From: Candidatus Omnitrophota bacterium
Lineage (GTDB): Bacteria > Omnitrophota > Gorgyraeia > Zapsychrales > JAHFFX01
Assembly: GCA_023247705.1 (NCBI GenBank)
Contig: JAHFFY010000004.1
Coordinates: forward strand, 2,561-66,560
Reading direction: 5' to 3'
Length of the DNA stretch: 64,000 bases
Part shown: in pieces, positions 18,787 to 28,557 of the stretch
Layout: each line of letters opens with the position of its first letter
How positions within the stretch are numbered: position 1 is the stretch's first letter
The notes under the pieces: model-generated
What the model was told of the DNA's origin: nothing
What the model saw: the letters and a program-made list of their open reading frames with translations, nothing else
Databases searched by the model: none
Made by a program: the position numbers and the translations under genes

Positions 18787-19821
18787 GTGATTCATGTTGG
18801 CGTGATTGGTTGCGGGCATTGGGGCCCGAACCATATCAGAATATTTTCTCATTCTCCCAATTCTCAGGTTTTAATGTGCGCGGATTTGAATCAAGAGCGC
18901 TTAAAATCCATCAAAACGCTGTTTCCCCATATTCAGACCACGACCGATTATAAAGAGATCCTGAAAAATCCCCAGATCATGGCGGTGTGCATCTCTTCTC
19001 CGACGAATACGCACTTTGCTTTGACCCAAGAGGCCCTGGAACATGATAAACATGTCTTGTGCGAAAAGCCGCTGGCGTTAACGTCTCAGGAATGCCAGAA
19101 ACTGAAAGATCTGGCGATGCAGAAGAAAAAGATATTGATGGTGGGGCATGTGTTCGTGTTTAATCTGGGGATCGTTAAATTAAAGGAATATATTCAGTCC
19201 GGCGAGTTAGGCCGGATCTATTATGCCCATAGCGAGCGTACAAACCTGGGCCCTTTTCGTTATGATGTCAACGCGCTATGGGATTTGGCCCCGCATGACA
19301 TCTCGATTTTTAACTATCTTTTTGACCACTGTCCCCAATCGGTTTCCGCGCGAGGTCAGAAGTGTTTAGGCACATCCCAGGAGGATCTGGCCTTTTCCAC
19401 CTTGGAATATCCCAATGATATCTTGGTCAACGTGCATGTCAGCTGGCTGGATCCCAAGAAAGTCCGGCAGATCACGATTGTGGGAGATAAAAAGATGGTG
19501 ATCTGGGATGATTTGGATAATATCGGCCCCATCAAACTTTATGACAAACACGTCGAGAAGACAGCTGTGTTTTATGAAACCTACGGAGAATTTCAGCTGC
19601 TTTCTAAAGAAGGGAGCATCACCATTCCCAATGTCGGTTTTAATGAACCGTTAAAGATTCAGGATCAATATTTTTTGAATTGTATCGTAACCAATAAAGA
19701 ATCGGATTTGGCCGATGCGCAAAAAGGTTTGGAAGTGGTTAAGACATTGTGCGCCATCCAGGAATCCATTAACAAACGCGGGGTTCCAATCGCTATTGAA
19801 AATCCGGTTTTGGTAAGATAA
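18787..19821 (+). CDS. Gfo/Idh/MocA oxidoreductase (WbpB/WlbA-like)
   Basis: GVIGCGHWG, HVLCEKP and WDLAPHD motifs; AAGGAGG RBS before the GTG. Confidence 0.9.
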   Translation: MIHVGVIGCGHWGPNHIRIFSHSPNSQVLMCADLNQERLKSIKTLFPHIQTTTDYKEILKNPQIMAVCISSPTNTHFALTQEALEHDKHVLCEKPLALTSQECQKLKDLAMQKKKILMVGHVFVFNLGIVKLKEYIQSGELGRIYYAHSERTNLGPFRYDVNALWDLAPHDISIFNYLFDHCPQSVSARGQKCLGTSQEDLAFSTLEYPNDILVNVHVSWLDPKKVRQITIVGDKKMVIWDDLDNIGPIKLYDKHVEKTAVFYETYGEFQLLSKEGSITIPNVGFNEPLKIQDQYFLNCIVTNKESDLADAQKGLEVVKTLCAIQESINKRGVPIAIENPVLVR

Positions 19822-19836
19822 GAAGATCATACGGAT

Positions 19837-19893
19837 AGTTTGCGAGTTCCAGGTTGTATAAATTCGTAAAACCCGCAAGCTCGACAACTCGAA
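19837..19893. repeat. Degenerate intergenic inverted repeat with gcgagtt / aactcg units
   Basis: agtttgcgagttccaggtt ... aattcgtaaaacccgcaagctcgacaactcgaa. Confidence 0.6.
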
Positions 19894-19902
19894 AATTAAA
19901 CA

Positions 19903-20463
19903 ATGAAATACTCCCGTCATAAAACCGCTCTCATCGAAAAGACCGCCCGTATTGGCGAAGGGACTAGAGTCTGGGCCTTTACGAATATCCAGCGAGGCGT
20001 TGTGATCGGCAAGAATTGTAATCTCTGCGACGGATGTTTTATTGAGACCGGTGCGATTGTTGGAAACCATGTGACGATCAAGAATGGAATTTCTGTCTTT
20101 AACGGGATCATCCTGGAGGACGATGTCTTTTGTGGAGCGAATTGCGCGTTCATCAACGACCGTCATCCCCGAAGCCACCGGAAGCACTCCTGGATTTTAG
20201 AAAGGACGGTGGTCAAAAAGGGGGCGACGATCGGCAGCAACGCGACGATCATGTGCGGGATTACGATCGGTGAGTACGCCGTCGTCGGGGCCGGGAGTGT
20301 CGTTACTAAGGATGTCTTTCCCTATACGATTGTGGTCGGTAATCCGGCCAGAATGAAAGGATATGCCTGTCAATGCGGGCTGACTCTCAAGCGTAATCTG
20401 GTATGTTCCTGCGGTCTGAAGTATAAAAAGAAATCTTCTCAGGGAATATTGGCCCATGCCTAG
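19903..20463 (+). CDS. Hexapeptide-repeat N-acetyltransferase (WbpD/WlbB-like)
   Basis: Left-handed beta-helix repeats, VVGNPAR and C-terminal CQCG...CSCG. Confidence 0.9.
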   Translation: MKYSRHKTALIEKTARIGEGTRVWAFTNIQRGVVIGKNCNLCDGCFIETGAIVGNHVTIKNGISVFNGIILEDDVFCGANCAFINDRHPRSHRKHSWILERTVVKKGATIGSNATIMCGITIGEYAVVGAGSVVTKDVFPYTIVVGNPARMKGYACQCGLTLKRNLVCSCGLKYKKKSSQGILAHA

Positions 20464-21187
20464 GATTTTGGTCAGTCCCATTGCATTTAATGAAAATGTC
20501 AAATTAAGAAATGTGATTGAACGTTTTTTGAAAAGCGGTGTGTATTCCAAAGTCGATTATCTTGTTCTAGATGACGGATCAACGGACGGCACGAGAGAAA
20601 TGATCGCAAGTTATAAAGACCGCGGTGTTCAAACCTTGAAGCATCCCCAACGCAGGGGTGTCGGTGCGGCGATCCGGACCGTCATTGATTACGCGCGGGA
20701 AAAACACTATGATATCCTGGTGATCATGGCCGGGAATGATAAAGACAATCCCGAAGAAATTCCCCGGTTGCTGGATCCGATCACGCAACTGGGATTCGAT
20801 TTGGTCCAGGGCTCGCGGTATCTGGGTGGAGGAGGGATCGGCGGAGACATGCCGTTTTACCGCAAAATCGCGACCCGTCTTCACCCCTGGCTTTTGTCAT
20901 TGATCGCCGGACAACAAATGACGGACAGCACCAATGGTTTCCGCGCTTTTAAACTTTCTCTGTTTGACGATCAACGGATCAATATTCATCAGGAATGGCT
21001 CAACGCGTACGAATTGGAACCGTATTTACTTTTTAAAAGCATTTTATTAAAGTATAAGGTCTGCGAAGCCCCGGTCACCAAGATCTATCCGTCGAAGAAA
21101 TTAGGTTACACGAAGATGAAACCCTTGATTGGCTGGTGGAGTATTCTGCGCCCGTTGGTTTATTTAGGGTTGGGTATTCGCAAATAG
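20456..21187 (+). CDS. GT2 glycosyltransferase (DPM1-like)
   Basis: DDGSTDGT, GVGAA, VQGSRY and DSTNGFRA motifs. Confidence 0.92.
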   Translation: MPRILVSPIAFNENVKLRNVIERFLKSGVYSKVDYLVLDDGSTDGTREMIASYKDRGVQTLKHPQRRGVGAAIRTVIDYAREKHYDILVIMAGNDKDNPEEIPRLLDPITQLGFDLVQGSRYLGGGGIGGDMPFYRKIATRLHPWLLSLIAGQQMTDSTNGFRAFKLSLFDDQRINIHQEWLNAYELEPYLLFKSILLKYKVCEAPVTKIYPSKKLGYTKMKPLIGWWSILRPLVYLGLGIRK

Positions 21188-21247
21188 TTTTTTTCCAGAT
21201 TTAAACCTCGTCAGTTGTTTTGACGTTAATCAGAAGGGACAGGAACT

Positions 21248-21502
21248 ATGAAAAAGATTGAACTGTTGTTTGCCGTAGCCTTGCTGGGCGGTTGCGCTTA
21301 TAACGCCGATAATCTTTCCGATATGATGCGCGATCCGCATTATACCCATTATCAGGAAGCCTCTGATGAACTCGAGCATGAATTCCTGAATAAAAAAATT
21401 TCTTATGCCGATTACCAGATGAGAAAACAAGAGTTAGACAATACTTATGAAAAAGAAGTCAAAATCCGCGAAGAGAAAATGCATGAAGAAAAGGCCCCAT
21501 GA
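21248..21502 (+). CDS. Small hypothetical lipoprotein
   Basis: MKK, hydrophobic core and LLGG-C lipobox. Confidence 0.75.
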   Translation: MKKIELLFAVALLGGCAYNADNLSDMMRDPHYTHYQEASDELEHEFLNKKISYADYQMRKQELDNTYEKEVKIREEKMHEEKAP

Positions 21503-22272
21503 AACTTTTCGGCAAGAATCCCGCTCTAGAGCGGTTAAAATCGAACCCTCAAACAATACGCAAGATATTTATCCAGGAACAGCATCCCGATGCAAGTTAT
21601 ATCCGTCAGAAAGCCAAGAAATGGAACATCCCGGTTTTTTCCATTCCTAAAAATAAGATTTTGAAATTGGCCCCGCATCAGAATACTCAGGGGATTTTGG
21701 TCGAGGTGGAAGATTTTGCCTACACGCTTTATGATGAATTAATCGAAGAGGCGAAGAAAAAAAAGCGGACCTTGATTTTTCTGGACGGACTCAATGATCC
21801 GCAGAATTTGGGCGGGATTATCCGGAGTTTGGGATGCTTGGGAAGTTTCGCGGTTGTTTTGCCGGTCCACGGTTCCGTCGAAATCACTGAAGCGGTTTTA
21901 CGCGTTGCCTCCGGCGGAGATAATTATGTCCAGGTGGCCAAGGTGCAGAACCTGGTTCAAGCCCTCGGCGTTGCGAAAAAAGAAGGGTTCTGGATCGCGG
22001 GAACAGTCGTACAGGGCGGAAAAGATTTATTCGACATCGAGCTGCCTTTTCCCTTGGCCTTGGTGATCGGTTCTGAGCAAAAAGGGATTCGGGACGTTAT
22101 TAAAAAACAGCTGGATTTAGAATTGACGATTCCCATGGGGCCGGAGCGGATGTCGCTCAATGTGGCTCATGCGACGACGATTTTAGCCTATGAAGTCACC
22201 AAACAAAAAAATAAAAACCACAATAAAAGAATCTCCCAAAATCCAGCGGCGCAATCCATATCCGGCGATTAA
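21499..22272 (+). CDS. rlmB: TrmH/SpoU family rRNA methyltransferase (RlmB-like)
   Basis: DPQNLGGIIR, IGSEQKG and IPM...SLNVA motifs. Confidence 0.85.
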   Translation: MKLFGKNPALERLKSNPQTIRKIFIQEQHPDASYIRQKAKKWNIPVFSIPKNKILKLAPHQNTQGILVEVEDFAYTLYDELIEEAKKKKRTLIFLDGLNDPQNLGGIIRSLGCLGSFAVVLPVHGSVEITEAVLRVASGGDNYVQVAKVQNLVQALGVAKKEGFWIAGTVVQGGKDLFDIELPFPLALVIGSEQKGIRDVIKKQLDLELTIPMGPERMSLNVAHATTILAYEVTKQKNKNHNKRISQNPAAQSISGD

Positions 22273-22825
22273 TTTTTTTGCGGAGGCCGGCCTTCTTAAA
22301 AAAGTGAAGCGCAGTGGCTGGTGGGTCACTGGGATTTCCAACCCGGAGAGTGTCGCCGAGCATTGTTTCCGCTGTGCGGTGATCGGATATTATATCGCCC
22401 ATCTGGAACAAGCCGATCCTTATAAAGTTTTGGTTATGACCCTTTTTAACGACATCCATGAATCGCGGATTAACGATTTGCACAAAATGGGCCATTATTA
22501 TATCGATTTCAAAGACGCGGAAAAGAAAGTCTTTAAGGACCAGCTTGAATTTTTGGATCAGCGGATCAAGCGGGAGTTGAATTTGCTGCGGGGCGATTAT
22601 GATCAACAAAAGAGCAAGGAAGCGATCGTCGCGCGCGATGCGGATATTTTAGAATGCCTTTTGCAGGCAAAGGAATATTTTGATCAGGGTTATCTGGTCA
22701 CGAAAAAGTTTTTCAACCGCGCGCCGTCTTATCTGAAAACAAAAACCGCGCAAACGATGTGGCGTCAAATGAAGTCCTGGGATAGCAGCAGTTGGTGGGA
22801 ACATGTGGTCAATTTTCAGAGATGA
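22190..22825 (+). CDS. HD-domain phosphohydrolase (YfbR/HDDC2-like)
   Basis: LKKVKRSGW, ESVAEH, FNDIHE and DADILE motifs; exact start uncertain because of overlap with rlmB. Confidence 0.85.
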   Translation: MKSPNKKIKTTIKESPKIQRRNPYPAINFFAEAGLLKKVKRSGWWVTGISNPESVAEHCFRCAVIGYYIAHLEQADPYKVLVMTLFNDIHESRINDLHKMGHYYIDFKDAEKKVFKDQLEFLDQRIKRELNLLRGDYDQQKSKEAIVARDADILECLLQAKEYFDQGYLVTKKFFNRAPSYLKTKTAQTMWRQMKSWDSSSWWEHVVNFQR

Positions 22826-23598
22826 AACGAAATTTTTCAAGAATTTTTTTCTTTGGAGTGTTTATCTTCACAGTTATTTTGACAAACGGATGCGCCACGA
22901 CCTATAATGCTGCCACTGGCCGGCGGGAAATCATCATCATCCCGACCAACGAAGAAGTCACGATGGGGGAAGACATCCATCGGAAGCTATTGACCGAGTT
23001 TCATCTTTCTCAAGATAAGAATAAAGTCGGACGGCTCAAGCGGATCGGCGCTAGAGTTTCCCAGGTTTCAGACCGGCAGGATTTTGAATATCATTTCTTT
23101 CTGGTTGAGAAAGACGAACTGAATGCTTTTACCGTGCCGGGCGGAAATATTTATATGTTCACGGGGCTGTTCGATAAACTTAAAACAGACGATGAGATCG
23201 CTGGGGTCCTGGCGCACGAGGTCGGCCATTGCGCCGCCCGGCATACCATCAAAAAATTTCAGGCCGCGGTGAGTTACAGTCTAATTGGAAGTATCATTCT
23301 TAATACGCTTCAGATGGAAGAACAACTCCAGCGTATCGCGACCTTAAGCACGGATGTTCTGATGAACCTGGTTTTTTCTGCTTATGGCCGCCGGGATGAA
23401 TTCGAGGCTGACCGATTAGGCATAAAATATCTTGATTTAGCCGGCTATAACGTCAACGGGATGTTGGAGGTTCTGGACGTCCTGAAACAAGAATCAAAAG
23501 GCCCACGAATGCCGTTGATTTTACAGACGCATCCTTACGTTGAAGACCGCATTGAGGCGGTCAAGAAAGAGATCGAACGTCTTCGATCGGGCGGATAG
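22822..23598 (+). CDS. M48 family zinc metalloprotease lipoprotein
   Basis: LTNG-C lipobox; NAFTVPGG, HEVGH, EFEAD and THP motifs; ATG at 22822. Confidence 0.93.
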   Translation: MKRNFSRIFFFGVFIFTVILTNGCATTYNAATGRREIIIIPTNEEVTMGEDIHRKLLTEFHLSQDKNKVGRLKRIGARVSQVSDRQDFEYHFFLVEKDELNAFTVPGGNIYMFTGLFDKLKTDDEIAGVLAHEVGHCAARHTIKKFQAAVSYSLIGSIILNTLQMEEQLQRIATLSTDVLMNLVFSAYGRRDEFEADRLGIKYLDLAGYNVNGMLEVLDVLKQESKGPRMPLILQTHPYVEDRIEAVKKEIERLRSGG

Positions 23599-23625
23599 GA
23601 AAATCAATAATGGGAGAGGCTGTTT

Positions 23626-23916
23626 ATGGAACGGATCGGTATTGCAGCGAGTAAAATAGCGAAAGGAAATTTTTATCTTTATAATTTTTTTGTTGTTTTA
23701 ATTTCATTCTTGTTTTCGATTTTTATTTTTTTGGTCGGTGGCTCAGCTGTATTGATCGCATTGATTTTGCTCGGTTATTTTTTTAAAGGATCCATGTCTG
23801 CAAATTTCGAAAAAGAGTGGATTTCTGTTATGCTTATATGTATGATAGCACTTGCCATTAGCGTAGGATTGTTCTGTTTGGTGGCCATCGCCCGTAATAT
23901 AAAGTTTAATAAATAG
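23626..23916 (+). CDS. Small hypothetical membrane protein
   Basis: 96 aa, two to three hydrophobic segments, GGAGAGG RBS. Confidence 0.7.
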   Translation: MERIGIAASKIAKGNFYLYNFFVVLISFLFSIFIFLVGGSAVLIALILLGYFFKGSMSANFEKEWISVMLICMIALAISVGLFCLVAIARNIKFNK

Positions 23917-23973
23917 TCGAGTGGTCCGATCGGAGGGGTCGTGACCAGACAAGAATTAAACTAGAGCTCAAAT

Positions 23974-26292
23974 ATGATCAATAATGATTTGAAGTTTAAA
24001 GAATTAATTGATAATTTGAAAATTGGTGTGTTTAGATGTTCCGCTGACAGTGATGTCAAATTTTTGTTTGTCAATTTTACTTTTACCGAGATGTTCGGAT
24101 ATTCCCCGGCGGCCATCCTCCGAATTCCCGTTTCTAATTTTTTTGAAGACCAGCGAAAATTTCAATCTTTGATCAAACAGACCCGATTGCAGGGATTTGT
24201 TAAAGACGAAGAAATCCGGTTAAAAGGGAAAGACAAAAAACCTTTTTGGTGTTCGGTGTCCTGTGTTGCCGTCAAAGAAAAAAAAGGAATTGTCCGGTAC
24301 TTTGATGTCATGGTGGAGGATATTTCGACCAAGAAACGCGTTGAAAAAGAATTAATCGAATCCAAAGAACTTTTCCGGGTCGTTTTCGATAACTCCGCCG
24401 CAGCGATCACGGTCACGGATAAAGATGAACGCATTATCGCCTGGAACCCATTTGCGGAAAAGATGCTTGAAATGAATCAGGAAGATCTATTCAATAAACC
24501 GGTCAAAGAACTTTATCCTCCCCAAGAATGGCGTCGCCTGAGGTCGTTTCGCGTTCGTCGTAAAGGGATGCTGTCCGATATTGAAACGCAAATTTATAAA
24601 AAAGACAGGCGTTTGTTGGACGTCCATATGTCTCTTTCAGTCGTCAAGGATCAGGAAGGAAAAATCACCGGGGCGATCGGGATCATGCGGGACATCACCA
24701 CCCAAAAGATCGCTGAACGCAAGATCAAAGAGTCGGAAAATAAAATCCGGATTATTTTGGATAATTCCGCTGCAGCGATTACCTTGACCGATGAAAACGA
24801 GCGCATCGTCTCCTGGAACAGTTATACCGAGCATTTGTTAGGTTTTAAGCGGAAAGATCTTTATATGAAGCCGGTGAACACATTATATCCCGATGAGGAA
24901 TGGGCCAAGATCCGCGCCGAAAATATCCGAAAAACGGGTTCTAAGCATCATCTGGAAACAAAGATAATTCATAAAACCGGACGGATCATTGATATCGATC
25001 TTTCCATCAATGTCTTGAAAGATTCTAACGATCGCATTGTCGGTTCAGTCGGGATCATGCAGGATATTACCGAACAAAAGAAAGTCCAGCAGATGTTGCT
25101 GCAGGCGAAGTTAGCCGCGGAAGAAGCCAATAGCGCCAAGAGTTTATTTCTCGCGAATATGTCGCATGAGGTTCGAACGCCGATGAGTACGATTTTGGGG
25201 ATGATTGATTTAACGTTGGATACCCGGTTGGATGACGAACAAAAGGATAATCTCAAGGTCGCGAAAGATGCCGCCGATAATCTCTTGGGTCTGCTGAATG
25301 ATATCCTGGATCTTTCCCGGGTCGAAGCCGGTAAGATTAATCTGGAATCGATTGAACTCAATTTATCGAACGTGGTCAAAAGCGTTTGTAAGGGGTTGTC
25401 GGTCTTGGCGCGCAATAAAGATCTGGATCTTTTATGGAATGTTGATGCGAATGTCCCTGAACTTTTGGAAGGGGATCCGGTCAGATTACGCCAGGTCTTA
25501 GTCAACCTGATCAATAACGCGATCAAATTTACGCATAAAGGCAAGATTGAAGTGACCGTTAAACCTTCTTCGATTGCTGAACACGATTGTCAGTTGCTCT
25601 TTGCCGTCACTGATTCCGGGATCGGGATCCCGAAAAATAAACAGGACGTTATTTTTGAGGTGTTTACTCAAGCGGACGATTCAACGACCAGACGATACGG
25701 CGGAACGGGGTTGGGCTTGGCGATTTCCAAGAGATTGGTTGAGATGATGGGCGGGAGAATTTGGGTCGAAAGCGAAGAGTGTAAGGGAAGCACGTTTTAT
25801 TTTACGGCGAACTTCAAATACAAGAAAAAGCCCGCTGTTGTTCTGGATATCCCGGCCGATGAAGAAGCCCGCGATGAGAAAGGCAGTCCTCAAAAAGATT
25901 TACGGAGCCTGAGGATTTTATTGGCTGAAGATAATTTAGTGAACCAGAAGATCACTGTCAAGATGTTGGAAAAACAAGGGTGGACCGTCATGACCGCGAT
26001 GAATGGCCAGGAGGTTTTGGATTTCCTGAGCAAAGAATCTTTTGATGTGGTTCTGATGGACGCCCATATGCCGGTGTTGGACGGACTGGAAACGACGCGT
26101 TTGATCAGAGAAGATGAAAGAAAAACTGGAAAACACACCCCGATTGTGGCTTTAACCGCGCGGGCGATGGAAGAAGATCGACAAAGATGCATTGCCTCCG
26201 GTATGGATGGATATGTTTCCAAACCGATCGACCGCTTAAAACTTTATGAGGCCATCAAAAATTTGTTTAACAAAGGAAAATCCAATGAATGA
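23974..26292 (+). CDS. Hybrid sensor histidine kinase (3 PAS, HisKA, HATPase, REC)
   Basis: Three PAS/PAC repeats; [38 protein letters not shown] and KP motifs. Confidence 0.95.
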   Translation: MINNDLKFKELIDNLKIGVFRCSADSDVKFLFVNFTFTEMFGYSPAAILRIPVSNFFEDQRKFQSLIKQTRLQGFVKDEEIRLKGKDKKPFWCSVSCVAVKEKKGIVRYFDVMVEDISTKKRVEKELIESKELFRVVFDNSAAAITVTDKDERIIAWNPFAEKMLEMNQEDLFNKPVKELYPPQEWRRLRSFRVRRKGMLSDIETQIYKKDRRLLDVHMSLSVVKDQEGKITGAIGIMRDITTQKIAERKIKESENKIRIILDNSAAAITLTDENERIVSWNSYTEHLLGFKRKDLYMKPVNTLYPDEEWAKIRAENIRKTGSKHHLETKIIHKTGRIIDIDLSINVLKDSNDRIVGSVGIMQDITEQKKVQQMLLQAKLAAEEANSAKSLFLANMSHEVRTPMSTILGMIDLTLDTRLDDEQKDNLKVAKDAADNLLGLLNDILDLSRVEAGKINLESIELNLSNVVKSVCKGLSVLARNKDLDLLWNVDANVPELLEGDPVRLRQVLVNLINNAIKFTHKGKIEVTVKPSSIAEHDCQLLFAVTDSGIGIPKNKQDVIFEVFTQADDSTTRRYGGTGLGLAISKRLVEMMGGRIWVESEECKGSTFYFTANFKYKKKPAVVLDIPADEEARDEKGSPQKDLRSLRILLAEDNLVNQKITVKMLEKQGWTVMTAMNGQEVLDFLSKESFDVVLMDAHMPVLDGLETTRLIREDERKTGKHTPIVALTARAMEEDRQRCIASGMDGYVSKPIDRLKLYEAIKNLFNKGKSNE

Positions 26293-26626
26293 AGAAGCGA
26301 TTGACTTAAAAGATGTTTTAGAGAGAGTCCAGGATGATCGAGATTTGTTGATGGAATTATTACAGATCTATACGGAAGATTTCGTTGAGAAAAAGAAACT
26401 TCTAGACGAGGCGGTTACAAAAAGTGATTATGACCAGATCAAAAATTTTTCCCACGCCCTGAAAGGCGCTTCGGGAAATATCTCGGCAAAAAAATTGCAT
26501 ACCTCATTTTTGACTTTAGAGCAGATGGCTAAAAATAAAGATTTGTCTCAATCCCCAAAGCTCTTGTCCGAAATCAATCAGCAATTTAGCGAGTTGAAGG
26601 ATTATATCGTCAAATTAAAGAAATAA
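26285..26626 (+). CDS. Hpt phosphotransfer protein
   Basis: [11 protein letters not shown] motif; ATG at 26285 overlaps the kinase end. Confidence 0.92.
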   Translation: MNEEAIDLKDVLERVQDDRDLLMELLQIYTEDFVEKKKLLDEAVTKSDYDQIKNFSHALKGASGNISAKKLHTSFLTLEQMAKNKDLSQSPKLLSEINQQFSELKDYIVKLKK

Positions 26627-26671
26627 ACTTTGCTTTTGGTCAAAGTTTACTAACGTTAGACCCGATATGTG

Positions 26672-26696
26672 AAGACGCCTTTTTAAAGGGCGTCTT
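26672..26696 (+). terminator. Hairpin after the Hpt gene (probable terminator)
   Basis: aagacgcc / ggcgtctt stem followed by a short T run. Confidence 0.55.
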
Positions 26697-26712
26697 TCGT
26701 GTCTATGGATGG

Positions 26713-27735
26713 ATGATGATGAAAAAAATCGTAATGGTTGTCTCAATCTTCTTTATATTCATTGGATTATGTTTTTATATTGTTTTCTATTCAACCTTTT
26801 TTCCAGGGATTTGTTTGTCCCAATGGTTGCAAAGAAAATATCCGGAGATACACCTGGAAAGTTTTCAGTATAAGAAGCGCTCGTTTGAATTTTTAAATCA
26901 AATCGAGTTTTCCGACGTTCATGTCGTTTTGAAGAAAGATAATTTACATTTTAAAATTGATTTTGCCGGTTTGAAATTGATTGGCCATAAAAGTTTTTGG
27001 CATCCGGAGAATATTTTTGATCTCTCCGTCTTGGAATTGGATATCAAAAGTTCTGTGTTTGAGATGACCCGCGGCCGTCTCAAATTGAAATTTGCTTTAT
27101 CAAAAAATCATAGCATGAATTTGCAAGGCGATTTGAACGTGGGGAACGGATCGTTAGGCCCCTATGCGCTTGAGGACATATCCGCGGGGATCAGCGGGGA
27201 TGAAAGACATCTCCGGCTGGATCAATTTGCGGCCGTCTGCTTTAAAGGAAAATTAGCAGGAGACATTTTGTTGCGACTTTCTTCTGTGGTATCATATGAA
27301 TTGAAATTAACCTTCTCTGAGATGAGAACCGAAGACTTGCGCTCTTTAAATGATCAAATTTTTTCGCAGCTGAATGGAAATCTCAACGGGACTATCCAAA
27401 TTGAAGGGACCGACGATCAAATCGAGACGCTGGTATCTGATCTTAATGTCCAGCAAGGCGGCAAGATCCGGTCATCTTTGTTCGGCTTGCTGGTCGATTA
27501 TCTGCCGGAAGGTTCACAAAAGGCAGTATTATCCGATTTGATCCAATCGGATCAGAACGTTTTGGTGAAGAAAGCTGTATTGCAGATTAAAAATCTCGGG
27601 GTAAAGAAATTCCCGACCCGCATGATCTTGGAAAGTGATAAAGTGAATTTAGACCTCAGTCTGGACATCAATCTGGATGCGCCGATCAATCAATGGATTC
27701 AAAAGATGAATGAACTGAAAAAGGAGAATTTATGA
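26713..27735 (+). CDS. AsmA-like / YdbH-like membrane-anchored beta-rich protein
   Basis: N-terminal TM, amphipathic beta-strand pattern, position upstream of YnbE- and YdbL-like genes. Confidence 0.6.
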   Translation: MMMKKIVMVVSIFFIFIGLCFYIVFYSTFFPGICLSQWLQRKYPEIHLESFQYKKRSFEFLNQIEFSDVHVVLKKDNLHFKIDFAGLKLIGHKSFWHPENIFDLSVLELDIKSSVFEMTRGRLKLKFALSKNHSMNLQGDLNVGNGSLGPYALEDISAGISGDERHLRLDQFAAVCFKGKLAGDILLRLSSVVSYELKLTFSEMRTEDLRSLNDQIFSQLNGNLNGTIQIEGTDDQIETLVSDLNVQQGGKIRSSLFGLLVDYLPEGSQKAVLSDLIQSDQNVLVKKAVLQIKNLGVKKFPTRMILESDKVNLDLSLDINLDAPINQWIQKMNELKKENL

Positions 27736-28094
27736 GAATAATTTGTTCTCGACAAGAGATTTTGATTGCTCAGGTTTTATTGACCTTTTCTTCATTAAAG
27801 GCATTGAGGAAGTCAATATTAGGTTTTTTTTCTAGAGTAGAAAAGGTTTTCATATTGGTTACCTCTACGTTTTTATATTGGAAAAGACCAATAGGAATAA
27901 CGGCGTGTTTCGTTTTTATTGTGTCAGGTTGCACCGTGAAGGCTGTTGGCGATCCGAACCGGCCCATCACCATCAATGCGCACATCACACTCGATATTAA
28001 AGGCTTAAAAGATTCAGCGTCCAATATTGAAGATTTTGTCAGCGGGGAAAAATCCAAAGAAGATCTTCAGAAATCAGGAGGGTCCAAACCATGA
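27732..28094 (+). CDS. YnbE-like lipoprotein
   Basis: VSG-C lipobox followed by PITINAHITLDI; start uncertain. Confidence 0.65.
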   Translation: MRIICSRQEILIAQVLLTFSSLKALRKSILGFFSRVEKVFILVTSTFLYWKRPIGITACFVFIVSGCTVKAVGDPNRPITINAHITLDIKGLKDSASNIEDFVSGEKSKEDLQKSGGSKP

Positions 28095-28504
28095 GAAGGA
28101 TATTTCAAGGGATTTGCTTATTATTTTTAACGGTCATGCCGATGGGCAACTTTAATCTTTTTGCCGATGGGAAATATGATATCAAGGAAATGACGCCGGC
28201 GGTCAAAACGGCCCTGGAAAACCGACGCGACCGATTTGACGACTTGAAGGCGTTCAAGGTTCAAGGCATCATCGGAGAGAATAATCGCGGGTATGTGGAA
28301 GCGTTAACCAGTGACAGCGCGGCCCAGCGGTTAGTTGACGCCGAAAACAAAGACCGCAAGGTGATTTATCAGACCATTGAAGAACAGAATAATCTTTCCG
28401 GCGCTTTAGAAACGATTGAAAAGGTTTTTGCCCAGGTTCAGCGCGAAAAGTCTAATCCAGGCGATAAGATCCAAACCGAAGACGGTCAATGGGTGACAAA
28501 ATAA
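28091..28504 (+). CDS. YdbL family protein (DUF1318)
   Basis: GIIGENNRGYV, LVDAENKDRKVIY and GQW motifs. Confidence 0.88.
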   Translation: MRRIFQGICLLFLTVMPMGNFNLFADGKYDIKEMTPAVKTALENRRDRFDDLKAFKVQGIIGENNRGYVEALTSDSAAQRLVDAENKDRKVIYQTIEEQNNLSGALETIEKVFAQVQREKSNPGDKIQTEDGQWVTK

Positions 28505-28557
28505 CGCCGGACATCAAGATTCTAACCCGGAAAAAATATTTAACGAGTTGATGCGAT

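Noticed and set aside
19651-20187. 178-aa minus-strand ORF
   Set aside because: Antisense shadow of the oxidoreductase and acetyltransferase genes, with no motifs.
24969-25544. 191-aa minus-strand ORF
   Set aside because: Antisense shadow of the histidine kinase.
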